A stretch of DNA of 64,000 bases from Candidatus Babelota bacterium (GTDB taxonomy: Bacteria; Babelota; Babeliae; Babelales; CAIQNR01): positions 360,722 through 424,721 of the forward strand of contig CBFHTA010000001.1 in NCBI GenBank assembly GCA_965658655.1, written 5' to 3'. Shown here one piece after another: positions 30,116-39,114 of the stretch. Made by a program: the position numbers and the translations under genes. How positions within the stretch are numbered: position 1 is the stretch's first letter; each line of letters opens with the position of its first letter. A model generated the notes under the pieces. It made no database searches and was not told where the DNA came from. It saw only the letters and a list, made by a program, of their open reading frames with translations.

Positions 30116-31231
30116 ATGAAAAAGAAGCTTCATATTGTTCATATCATTTCAAATTTAGGTGTAGGCGGTGCAGAAGGAGTTCTTTTTCAGCTTCTTAGTA
30201 ATCTTAATACTACAGACTTCAAACATTCGGTAGCCTATTTTTATGATGGTCCGTACGTTGAAAAAATAAAGAACCTCGGTATTAAAGTTTATAAAGTGAA
30301 TGGCCTATTCTTTACCTATGATCCTGTTTTTCTTGTTCGTTTTTTTCTTTTAATTAAAAAACTCAAACCGGGTTGCTTACATACATTGTTGTGGGCAGCC
30401 AATTTTTTAGGGCGATTGATCGCTTCTATTTTAAAAATTCCTCATGTAGAAGTGCTTCACAATAATATTGAACAGAATGGATTGGTACGTCTGGCTCTTG
30501 ATCGTATCACTGTTCGCCAGCGAGGTGAGCTTATTGTTGTTTCTGATGGAGTGCATGACTCTCTTAAGAATTATGCCCCTTGGTTTCTCTGTCGTCCTGC
30601 TCAGGTCATAAAGAATGGGATTGCTGCCTATGAGGACAGTAAGTTTAAAGTTACTCGAGAGAGTTTAGGGCTTACAAAGAATCATTTTATAATTGGTTCG
30701 GTGGGTAGATTTGAGCAGGTTAAAAATTATGGTTTGTTATTAACTGCTTTTGCTCTTCTCTATGATGACCATAGAAAAGCACGTCTTGTTTTGGTAGGTC
30801 AAGGTTCTCAGGAAGCATTTCTGCGCCAGCGTGCTTATGACTTGGGGATTGATGACAGAGTGATTTTTGTGACAGGAAAAGACGCTAAGCCTTATTACGC
30901 TTTGTTTGATGCCTTTGTGTTAGCTTCGCCCAAAGAAGGAATTTCCTTAGCGCTTCTTGAGGCTATGCAGGCAGGTATCGCTTCTGTAGTAACTAGTGTA
31001 ACTACACAACATGATGTTATTCAGGATCAAAGAAATGGGTTCTTGGTTCCATCTGGAAATCCGGTTCTGTTGGCTCAAAAGTTGAACCGATTGATTGAAA
31101 GCAAAGTACTTCGTTGCAAAATAGGAGAAGCCGCTAAGAAGAGAATTGCTTCTGATTTCCAAATAAAAACTATGGTTCAGGAATACAAAAAACTCTATGA
31201 GCGAGTTGCTTTTTGGAACTTTTCGCTTTAA
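30116..31231 (+). CDS. Glycosyltransferase family 4
   Basis: GGAE, VGRF...KN and EGISLALLEAM. Confidence 0.9.
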   Translation: MKKKLHIVHIISNLGVGGAEGVLFQLLSNLNTTDFKHSVAYFYDGPYVEKIKNLGIKVYKVNGLFFTYDPVFLVRFFLLIKKLKPGCLHTLLWAANFLGRLIASILKIPHVEVLHNNIEQNGLVRLALDRITVRQRGELIVVSDGVHDSLKNYAPWFLCRPAQVIKNGIAAYEDSKFKVTRESLGLTKNHFIIGSVGRFEQVKNYGLLLTAFALLYDDHRKARLVLVGQGSQEAFLRQRAYDLGIDDRVIFVTGKDAKPYYALFDAFVLASPKEGISLALLEAMQAGIASVVTSVTTQHDVIQDQRNGFLVPSGNPVLLAQKLNRLIESKVLRCKIGEAAKKRIASDFQIKTMVQEYKKLYERVAFWNFSL

Positions 31232-31258
31232 AACGCTTAAAACTAATCGAAGAAAAAT

Positions 31259-31287
31259 TTGATTTTTTTAATCCAATACGATACATT
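31259..31287 (+). promoter_or_regulatory. Putative sigma70 promoter of candidate sRNA
   Basis: TTGATT-N17-TACATT with no downstream + strand ORF. Confidence 0.4.
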
Positions 31288-31293
31288 TTAAAT

Positions 31294-31385
31294 TATTGTA
31301 TGACTCGTCCGATTCATGTAATACCAAATCTAGATAACCTCCATTTCCCCTATCCGACGTTCTGCCGGGTGGGGGAAAATTCATT
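31294..31385 (+). ncRNA. Candidate small RNA
   Basis: Two hairpins with G.U pairs on the + strand flanking an unpaired AACCUCC segment; promoter-like motif upstream. Confidence 0.4.
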
Positions 31386-32385
31386 ATAATGGTATTTTTT
31401 CTTGAGGTGTTTTCCCTATTGAGAGGGTTGGATGAGAAGGTTCATCTTCATTTTGATAGAAGTTTTTACTCAAATAAGCTCTTCCCGAATCGCCACAGAT
31501 CATTACTGCCACATCATCTTTTGTTAAGGTTGAAAGCTTTTTGTAGAGTCCAACAGCCACGGCACCAGTGCTTGGTCCTCCCAGAAGTCCATAGCGGTGA
31601 GCGAGTGTTTTTAGCATTTTTAGGGCATCTGCGTCACCGATATTAATAATCTCATCTATAACATTGTAATTTATGACTTGAGAGGTAAAGTCGATACCAA
31701 TGCCTTCAATAGCGTATGGTTTGGGTTTCCCTTGTGTAGCACGAAGAGAATTTTCAGAATCCATTCCAATCACTTTAATATCAGGGTTTTTTTCTTTTAA
31801 ATATTGCCCAGCACCGCTGGCAGTTCCTCCGGTACCAAGTCCGGCAAAATAATGGGTAATGGTACCTTGGGTTTGCTCCCAAATTTCAGGACCTAATAGA
31901 TTGTAATGAGCCCAGCGATTTTCAATATTATAGTATTGGTCAGGCATAAAAGAATTGGGTGTTTGTTGGTGAATTCTTCTTGCTTCCATATGGTAGCTTT
32001 TAGGATCGCTAATAAACTGTGTTGCAGGGCAAACCACTACTTGTGCACCATAAGCTTTGAGTGTTTGATACTTTTCTCGGCTAATTTTTTCTGAGACAGT
32101 AATGATCACTTTGTAGCCTTTAAGGACTCCAATCATTGCAAGAGCAATTCCTTGGTTTCCAGAAGATGCATCAATAATGGTTCCACCTGGAGCAAGTAGT
32201 TTTGCTTGTTCTGCTTTTTCGATCATGTAAAGAGCAGATCTGTCTTTGACGCTACCTCCAGGATTAAGATATTCAAGCTTTGCTAAAATAGTAGCAGGAG
32301 AATTTAGGGGAAGTTTTATTAATGGAGTATTACCGATTGATTCTAATATTGTATTGTAGCGCATAACGATCTCTTTTTTATTCAA
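31384..32385 (-). CDS. Cysteine synthase / cystathionine beta-synthase family PLP enzyme
   Basis: IGNTPL, KLEYLNPGGSVKDR, SSGNQG, GLGTGGT and IEGIG. Confidence 0.9.
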   Translation of the reverse strand: MNKKEIVMRYNTILESIGNTPLIKLPLNSPATILAKLEYLNPGGSVKDRSALYMIEKAEQAKLLAPGGTIIDASSGNQGIALAMIGVLKGYKVIITVSEKISREKYQTLKAYGAQVVVCPATQFISDPKSYHMEARRIHQQTPNSFMPDQYYNIENRWAHYNLLGPEIWEQTQGTITHYFAGLGTGGTASGAGQYLKEKNPDIKVIGMDSENSLRATQGKPKPYAIEGIGIDFTSQVINYNVIDEIINIGDADALKMLKTLAHRYGLLGGPSTGAVAVGLYKKLSTLTKDDVAVMICGDSGRAYLSKNFYQNEDEPSHPTLSIGKTPQEKIPL

Positions 32386-32418
32386 GTCTTAAAGATTATA
32401 AAGAACTAGCATAAACGA

Positions 32419-33537
32419 TTAGAGTGATCGGTACAATGCTAGATGCTCTTCCACCATTGCGCTTGTTGTAAACTCAGAAAGATCTTCTTTGTGCGAACTT
32501 AATTTTTCGTATAAATGTTTATCATTAGCGAGTGAAAGCATACCCTTTCCTAAAGATCCTTTATCTTTAGGTTTGTATAGTAAGCCATTTTCTCCATGAT
32601 TGATCACATCGCTAATACCGCCTACATTATAGGCAATAACGGGCAACTTTAGAAAGCGTGCTTCTACAATGGCACAAGGGAGCCCCTCCCATAAAGATGA
32701 CAATAGAAATGCATGCCATGAACGCATAAAAGAATCTACGTCCTTTTGCCATCCATGTAGCGTAATAACATGTTCTAATTTATGCTGTTTTATCCATTGT
32801 TCTATTTGTGGTCTTAGGAATCCATCACCAATAATTTCGAGCCTTGTGCGTGGATTATGTATATGTGTATAAGAAAAAGCATGCAAAAGATCAAAAAGAT
32901 TTTTCTGTTTTTTAAAACAAGAAACGGTTCCAAAAACAAAGGATCGAGTTTCTGGAGGTGTCTTTATTGCCGGTACAAATTGAATATTATTAATTGCTGC
33001 TCGAATAATAGAATGTTTATAGATAAAGTTAGGTATCGACATAATGCCTGTTTCAACATCTTTAGTAGAAACGCAAACATAATGTGTAGTGATAAAACTT
33101 GTTAGTACTTCAAGAAGATAACTGATGAAATAAGCCGGCAATGATTGATGTTCATGAAAACCAAACCCATGAACAGTGTGAATACGGTACCTTGCTCCGG
33201 CAAACCACGCTGCCCATCGCCCCAAATAGCCTGCTTTGGTGCTATGAGTATGGACAATTAAATCTTTATTTTCTGCTTTCTGTTTTTTGATGTTGCGAAC
33301 TAAATCTATAAATGCTTTTAATTCATAAAACCCAATTTCTCTTTTAAGAGAGTCTAATAGAATAACATTTGATTTTGATTTGGTTTCGGAGACTAATTGT
33401 CCTTCTGATCCAGATATAAGCCAAGATTGATGTTGTTTTTGTAGTGCATTAAAAAGGGCAAGGCAAACTTTTTGAGCACCTCCTAATTCTAATTTAGTAA
33501 CAATATAAATAACATGGATCCCCTTTTTTTTTCCCAT
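32419..33537 (-). CDS. Glycosyltransferase family 4
   Basis: LELGGAQ, HTHSTKAG, HTVHG and SLWEGLP..IVEA. Confidence 0.9.
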   Translation of the reverse strand: MGKKKGIHVIYIVTKLELGGAQKVCLALFNALQKQHQSWLISGSEGQLVSETKSKSNVILLDSLKREIGFYELKAFIDLVRNIKKQKAENKDLIVHTHSTKAGYLGRWAAWFAGARYRIHTVHGFGFHEHQSLPAYFISYLLEVLTSFITTHYVCVSTKDVETGIMSIPNFIYKHSIIRAAINNIQFVPAIKTPPETRSFVFGTVSCFKKQKNLFDLLHAFSYTHIHNPRTRLEIIGDGFLRPQIEQWIKQHKLEHVITLHGWQKDVDSFMRSWHAFLLSSLWEGLPCAIVEARFLKLPVIAYNVGGISDVINHGENGLLYKPKDKGSLGKGMLSLANDKHLYEKLSSHKEDLSEFTTSAMVEEHLALYRSL

Positions 33538-33548
33538 TACTATCCTTT

Positions 33549-34508
33549 TTATTGAAGAAGGAGTACAAACAAAGCGATTAAGAAAGCATAAATTGAACAG
33601 GTTTCAATTAATACTTGCGCAGTAAGACTGGTACGAGAGAGTTGAGAATAATTTTCGGGATGAAGAGCAAGATACTGACAAGCTTTTGTTGCTGTGTTCC
33701 CAGAACCAATACCAACACCTAAAGTTCCAAGGCCCATTACAATCGCTGCTGCAACATAGGGTAGACCACCTGTTGCAAGAGACATCGCAGATGATTTTGT
33801 TCCTAGTAGAGCAAAAGCCATGACCAGAGAAAAAATAATTGGAGATTCAATGAGTGCTTCACTAATAAGTGTGAAAGAAAGTATTTCTGTGTAAGCAGCA
33901 CGATTAACACCTAAACTTTCACATGCTTGGCGTGCAAAGCGAGCTAGCCCCATAGTTGGGCCTATGCTCCCTAGGCCAATACATAGTCCGGCGCTGATTA
34001 ATCGTACACTTTCGGCTAAAGAAGTAATATTGGGAATCTGTTCTTTAATAAAGAAAGAAATAACAAAAGCAAAAAGAAGCGGTGTTTGCATTAATGATTG
34101 TGTAAGTAACATAATCATTTGAATTTTTTGGGTAAAAAATGGTTGTCGAGCTACAGCTAAGCATGCAGACTGCGCTGGAAGCGATGCCGCAACACCAAGA
34201 ACAGCTCCTGTTATACAAATAGCTAGACCAATGCCTGTAACACCATAATGCATTAATGGTGCATGAGGAGACGTAAGAATAGGTTTAAGTAACATAAAGG
34301 CTATAGTAAGCCCGATGATAGCTGAAGTTTCTATGAGTGCCATGCTAAGCATGAGAGTTCGTGTAATTTCTGCGCGTGCACTTGGCTGAATAGTAAGGGC
34401 TTTCATAGCTGCTAAACTCGCTAAACCTTCTCCAATTCCCACAGCTACGGAATTACATCCAACAGCAAGACCTACAGTAAGATAATGAAATAAAGTGGTA
34501 TCAAACAT
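33549..34508 (-). CDS. atpE: ATP synthase Fo subunit c, four fused hairpins
   Basis: Four ~80-aa c-subunit repeats with Gly-rich inner helices, loops IQP/RQP/VNR/LHP and outer-helix E60/Q141/E221/E302; directly follows atpB. Confidence 0.9.
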   Translation of the reverse strand: MFDTTLFHYLTVGLAVGCNSVAVGIGEGLASLAAMKALTIQPSARAEITRTLMLSMALIETSAIIGLTIAFMLLKPILTSPHAPLMHYGVTGIGLAICITGAVLGVAASLPAQSACLAVARQPFFTQKIQMIMLLTQSLMQTPLLFAFVISFFIKEQIPNITSLAESVRLISAGLCIGLGSIGPTMGLARFARQACESLGVNRAAYTEILSFTLISEALIESPIIFSLVMAFALLGTKSSAMSLATGGLPYVAAAIVMGLGTLGVGIGSGNTATKACQYLALHPENYSQLSRTSLTAQVLIETCSIYAFLIALFVLLLQ

Positions 34509-34510
34509 AA

Positions 34511-35251
34511 TTAAGGGCCTTCTTGATGCTCACCCTGAATGCCAAGTGAGAGATAGGTTAACGAAAGCATAGCAAAAACAAACGCTTGTATACTTCCCCC
34601 GAAAAGGGTGAAGAAAAATGCTATCAATATATTAAATCCAAAAAAGTTTATAACGGTGGCAATCCAATGAGAACCAATACTGCTCATATAAATATTATTA
34701 ATAACAGAACCACCAAGTAGGTTTCCAAATAAACGGAATGAGATAGAAATAATAGAAGCAAGTTTACCAACAACGTTTAATGGGAACATAACAAAAAATG
34801 GTTGAAAGAATTCTTTGCTATATTCTCTAAAGCCTTGGGCTTTAATTGCATAGTAATTGGCATAGAGAAACGACAATGTTCCTAGAGCCAAGGTAGTGCT
34901 TAAGTCTGCAGTTGGTTCTTCTAACTCAGGAATGAGACTTATCACATTGCAGATTAGAATGAAAATAAAGAGGGCAAACATAAAGCTGAAGTGGTGAAAG
35001 TTAAAAGATCCGAGTGTTTGCGTGCATAAATCCATAAAACCTTCGGTAGCCGTTATAAGAACATAGCGGGTTCGAGATTGTTTATCTTTAAAAAAGAATC
35101 GCCCTAAGACGATCAATAAAACAATAACAAATAAAACAGCCCATGTGGCTATTATTGTTGACAAGGTAAAGTTGAAAAAAGAGTGTTTGTAACCATAATG
35201 TTTGAATGGATTCCAGAACTCTTTTGGACTTAAGAGATTAAAATCACTCAT
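34511..35251 (-). CDS. atpB: ATP synthase Fo subunit a
   Basis: PTADLSTT, PLN, SISFRLFGN (essential Arg) and IQAFVFAMLS..Y. Confidence 0.95.
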   Translation of the reverse strand: MSDFNLLSPKEFWNPFKHYGYKHSFFNFTLSTIIATWAVLFVIVLLIVLGRFFFKDKQSRTRYVLITATEGFMDLCTQTLGSFNFHHFSFMFALFIFILICNVISLIPELEEPTADLSTTLALGTLSFLYANYYAIKAQGFREYSKEFFQPFFVMFPLNVVGKLASIISISFRLFGNLLGGSVINNIYMSSIGSHWIATVINFFGFNILIAFFFTLFGGSIQAFVFAMLSLTYLSLGIQGEHQEGP

Positions 35252-35507
35252 GTTGCACCTTCTTTTTTATGACGGCGACCCAAAAACTCGCTAAAAAAGA
35301 TATCAATACCAGTATAATGTCGAGTGAAGTTCTACGCAATATATAGTTCCATAGAAGTGCTACAGAAACAATACGCAGAAGTGCTGTAAAAAAAGAAGAT
35401 ACAAAATTACCTTGAGAGAATGAAAATTTATTGGTGAACAAAAAACTATAAATAATACCTGTGATAGAACCTAATGCTAACGATCCTAAGATGTGGGTAA
35501 CAGTCAT
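35244..35507 (-). CDS. AtpI/AtpR-like small membrane protein
   Basis: Three TM helices with LLR motif, overlapping the atpB start. Confidence 0.6.
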   Translation of the reverse strand: MTVTHILGSLALGSITGIIYSFLFTNKFSFSQGNFVSSFFTALLRIVSVALLWNYILRRTSLDIILVLISFLASFWVAVIKKKVQHE

Positions 35508-35509
35508 AA

Positions 35510-36931
35510 TTATAGTTTCTTAATGCCCTTATAGTTCCAATATTCAGCAAGGAAGTGTTCTGAACCAGCAATTGCAACCAAACCATGACGATCGTTAACG
35601 GTTTTCTTTGCAGCATCAAAAGCTTCTTTAAAGGTACGTACAGCGCGAGCTTTAATCTTAAGCGCTTTCATATCTTGAGTAACTTTTTCTGCGTCCCAAG
35701 ATGTGGTTTTTTGGTCGGCTCGTTCTGGTACACCACAAATAAAGATATTACCAGATGTTTTCTTAAAGAAGTAACGGATAGCACGTAAGAATTCTTGGTA
35801 ATCAAGTTTTTCTTGTGGGCACCCTACAATAAGAGTTAAACCCTTAAGAGAACGGTTATAATGTAACAATCTAATACCAAGTAAAAAGTTATTAAAGGCA
35901 TCAATGTTATTTGCATTATCAAGCAATACTGTTGGCTTTTCTTTATCTAAGATCTGGAAACGACCAGCAAGTGTGCTCGCTGTTTCTTTCCAAAAGTGTT
36001 CAATAGTTCTTTTTGGATTAATTTGTGATTGACGCTTTGCTTCTAGAGTTGGGCGACCTCGTTGTCCTTTAACACGCGCAAGCAAGCTATCTTTAGCCAA
36101 AGAAGGATGCTTTGATGCAAAAGAATTAACAAATACAGAGGCAATTCTTTCTGCCAATGCCGCACAACGCCCGTGTAGTTGTTCAAACGGATACGCAAGA
36201 GCAATAAGTTTTCTGATAGGCATTGCCCATTCAGCACCTACTTCTGCAGCATGCTGACTCATGCTTTTTAAGTTTGCTTTATTTTGATCAGCAGACAATA
36301 AATGAGTACCTTTGGTGACTGCGCCTAAATATTCTTTAATAACATCTTCAGAAGCTTGTCCTTCTGCATTAACATCGGTGCTTGTCAATCGTGTAATCGC
36401 TATAATTTTTGAATTACTAATAACGGTTGGGTGAGATGCCCCACCTTGTTCAGCTTCTAATAATGCTATATCAACCTTGTTTTGCTCAAAATAGTTGAAA
36501 GCAATCTGAGTAAGAAGCTCAGAAGTATTGGCTTTAAGACCGAGAGTTTCGGCAGTGTTAATAACATCGTTAGCCAATTCAGTAAAAATTTTGTTTGAGA
36601 CTGTTTCTTCATCAAGAGAGAAACGTTCGTTATAATTAAGGATGTGAGGCGCAACAAAACTACCAACAGTAAAACCTTCAGCGCGTAAGAGCTTAGTTGC
36701 AAAATGAGCAGTCAAACTTTTCCCGTTTGTTCCACCAATTAAAACAGTTTCCACTTTTTGTGAAGGAGAACCAAATGCTTTATCAAGCTGACGAGCTCTT
36801 TCTACATTTTTTCCGTCACAACCAATGGTCCAGTGTCTATTAAGGAAGTCTGTAACTTCTGCGTAACTACGTTGTTTTCCTAGGTTAACCGCACTTTTAG
36901 GTGAAGTTGATGTTTGTTTTACTGTGCTCAT
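35510..36931 (-). CDS. Divergent FolC-like (Mur ligase superfamily) protein
   Basis: GGTNGKS P-loop, PHI..YNERF, LLE and AGRFQ...LLD.A.N. Confidence 0.75.
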   Translation of the reverse strand: MSTVKQTSTSPKSAVNLGKQRSYAEVTDFLNRHWTIGCDGKNVERARQLDKAFGSPSQKVETVLIGGTNGKSLTAHFATKLLRAEGFTVGSFVAPHILNYNERFSLDEETVSNKIFTELANDVINTAETLGLKANTSELLTQIAFNYFEQNKVDIALLEAEQGGASHPTVISNSKIIAITRLTSTDVNAEGQASEDVIKEYLGAVTKGTHLLSADQNKANLKSMSQHAAEVGAEWAMPIRKLIALAYPFEQLHGRCAALAERIASVFVNSFASKHPSLAKDSLLARVKGQRGRPTLEAKRQSQINPKRTIEHFWKETASTLAGRFQILDKEKPTVLLDNANNIDAFNNFLLGIRLLHYNRSLKGLTLIVGCPQEKLDYQEFLRAIRYFFKKTSGNIFICGVPERADQKTTSWDAEKVTQDMKALKIKARAVRTFKEAFDAAKKTVNDRHGLVAIAGSEHFLAEYWNYKGIKKL

Positions 36932-37119
36932 CGTATTTCCTCATTTTTAGTAACATCCATTTTTCTGTTTCACTACTATTCTAGCTTATAATCACCTTTT
37001 AAAGCTTTGATTTTAAGCTACAGATGACTGTTAAATAAGTTTACGTTATAATAAAGTAATGTCAATCTGGTAATATTTAGTAGGTAGAAAAATGATATTT
37101 ATTTACAAAAGTTCAAAAA

Positions 37120-37749
37120 ATGACAAGTAAAACTTTAAGTTGGGAAGATAATCTTTCTATACGAAAATTAATAAGCTTATTAAGGGATGGAAAAGTAATA
37201 GTTGGGCCCTCTGACACGGTTTTGGGATTTTATGCTTTGCCAACAAACGAAGGGTTTTTAAGCTTAAATAAAATCAAAAAAAGATCTAAAAAACCATATC
37301 TTTTGTTGATTTCTGGTTCATCTGAATTGTCTGAGTACGTTGAGCCGGACTCATTGTTACAATCTGAAAAGATTATGGCCAATTTTTGGCCCGGTCCGCT
37401 TACTATTATTTTTAAGGCTAAATCAGAGGTTCCAGCTTATATGACGTCTGATGAAGGAACAATTGCTGTTCGTGTACCTAATGATAAAAAGGTTTTAAGT
37501 TTATTGAGCCAAACAGGCCCTTTATTTTCAACTAGCGCCAATTTATCTGGTGAGCCTATTCCTGCAACTCTAGAAGATGTTGACCCGCGTATTGTAGAGC
37601 AGGTAGCAGCCTTATTGGAGGGAGAGACAAAGAAGGGGGCAGTTCCATCAACTATTTTAGATGTTACTGGCTCTACGCCTTTCATTATTCGTGAAGGTGC
37701 TTATTCAAAAGAAGATTTGCAAGATTATTTAGAAAATAAAGAATTATAA
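37120..37749 (+). CDS. tsaC: Threonylcarbamoyl-AMP synthase (TsaC/Sua5)
   Basis: PSDTV.G, K.R..KP, FWPGPLT, AVRVP, STSANLSG and PSTILD. Confidence 0.92.
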   Translation: MTSKTLSWEDNLSIRKLISLLRDGKVIVGPSDTVLGFYALPTNEGFLSLNKIKKRSKKPYLLLISGSSELSEYVEPDSLLQSEKIMANFWPGPLTIIFKAKSEVPAYMTSDEGTIAVRVPNDKKVLSLLSQTGPLFSTSANLSGEPIPATLEDVDPRIVEQVAALLEGETKKGAVPSTILDVTGSTPFIIREGAYSKEDLQDYLENKEL

Positions 37750-37766
37750 ATTTAACTTATCAAGCT

Positions 37767-38417
37767 CTAGGAGATAAGGAGGAAGTTGTGAATATGCTGG
37801 GCGAAAATAACATAAATCATAGCACCGATAGCTAAGAAAGTACCGAGGGGAAGTTGTAGATATCTTAAGCCAGAAAAGCGATCTTTAATATTCCAGAGTA
37901 ATCCGAAGAGTGATCCTATAATAGAACCAATGAAAAGAGTAAACCAGCATCCTTGCCATCCGGTGAAGGCACCAATCATAGAAAGAAGGTCAATATCTCC
38001 TTGTCCGAGAGCTTCTTGCTGATAATATTTTTTAGCTAAGTGAGCGATTATCTTTAAAAGGGTGTAACCAAAAAAAGCTCCAAAAATACTGTCGTTTAAA
38101 GAAATTGGAAGTAACCGCATAATGCTTAAAGCAAAGGCTGCAGGGATAGCATAAAGCGTAACATTACGAGAAATAAGCATAACCCAAGCATCAGTAAAAA
38201 GTGTTACACCAAGAAAGAAAAAAAAGATTGTGTATCCAATAGGATACTGTGAAATAAGAGCTTGGCTCGTACTATACCCAAAAATACCTGCCAGAGTGCA
38301 ATCTAGAAGAAAATTTTTTGAAGTTCCAGAGAGATGCTCTTCTACTAATTTTTGAGCATATTCTCTGACTCCTACCAAAAAAATTGCGCAAGCTGGCCCA
38401 ATAAAAAAGGGGTTCAT
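37767..38417 (-). CDS. Prepilin peptidase (A24 family)
   Basis: Catalytic Asp motifs FTD and LGQGDIDL; LPLGTFLA near the C-terminus. Confidence 0.82.
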   Translation of the reverse strand: MNPFFIGPACAIFLVGVREYAQKLVEEHLSGTSKNFLLDCTLAGIFGYSTSQALISQYPIGYTIFFFFLGVTLFTDAWVMLISRNVTLYAIPAAFALSIMRLLPISLNDSIFGAFFGYTLLKIIAHLAKKYYQQEALGQGDIDLLSMIGAFTGWQGCWFTLFIGSIIGSLFGLLWNIKDRFSGLRYLQLPLGTFLAIGAMIYVIFAQHIHNFLLIS

Positions 38418-38779
38418 AGCTCGCCTTTATCCTTGAGGTTACAGAGTAGCTGCTCTACGCGATTTGATTTGTCTTTAGTTCCGTCAAATTTAAAAACAAT
38501 GTCAGGAGTATAGCGGCTTGCAATTGATTTAGAAATTGCAGCCCTAAGTGAGGGTTTATAAAGTTTGAGAGTAGGAAAAAGCTCGTCGAATACTTCTTTG
38601 CCTTCTGGAGCATAAAAGTACACATTACATTTGCTTTTGTCGGGTGACAATCTAACTTGTGTAATGACAAGACGAGACAATTCTTTATTGTCTAATGTTG
38701 CTTCTAAGAACAAACTACAAATAGTTCTAAAAAGTAATTGAGCTTTTTGGGCTCGTTTAACATCAGATATTTTAGACAT
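38414..38779 (-). CDS. rbfA: Ribosome-binding factor A
   Basis: ITQVRLSPD..C.VY and RYTPDIVFKFD. Confidence 0.9.
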   Translation of the reverse strand: MSKISDVKRAQKAQLLFRTICSLFLEATLDNKELSRLVITQVRLSPDKSKCNVYFYAPEGKEVFDELFPTLKLYKPSLRAAISKSIASRYTPDIVFKFDGTKDKSNRVEQLLCNLKDKGEL

Positions 38780-38785
38780 AAACTC

Positions 38786-39001
38786 TTACTTAATTAAACG
38801 TTGAGAGATCATGCGCATAAAGTTTTGCTTAATAGCACGCATTAAACGCTTACGACGCTTTTGTGTAGGAGGTTCAAAATACACACCACGTTTCATGTCT
38901 CTTACCACACCTTCACGCTCAATTTTCTTTTTAAGCTGGCGCAGTGAACGTTCTACATTACTTGTGACTTGGATTTCGATATTAGATTTTTTCTTGGACA
39001 T
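38786..39001 (-). CDS. rpsU: 30S ribosomal protein S21
   Basis: VERSLRQLKKK.EREG and YFEPPT.KRRK. Confidence 0.9.
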   Translation of the reverse strand: MSKKKSNIEIQVTSNVERSLRQLKKKIEREGVVRDMKRGVYFEPPTQKRRKRLMRAIKQNFMRMISQRLIK

Positions 39002-39114
39002 TCGTTTCTCAACTTCCTTTCAGCTGAAGAATTGGGAATTTTTAAGAAATTAAACTTTCTCCAATCATAGCTGTTTTAAGCTGATGTGTCTAGTCAAAAG
39101 AACCTTCAGCTTAT

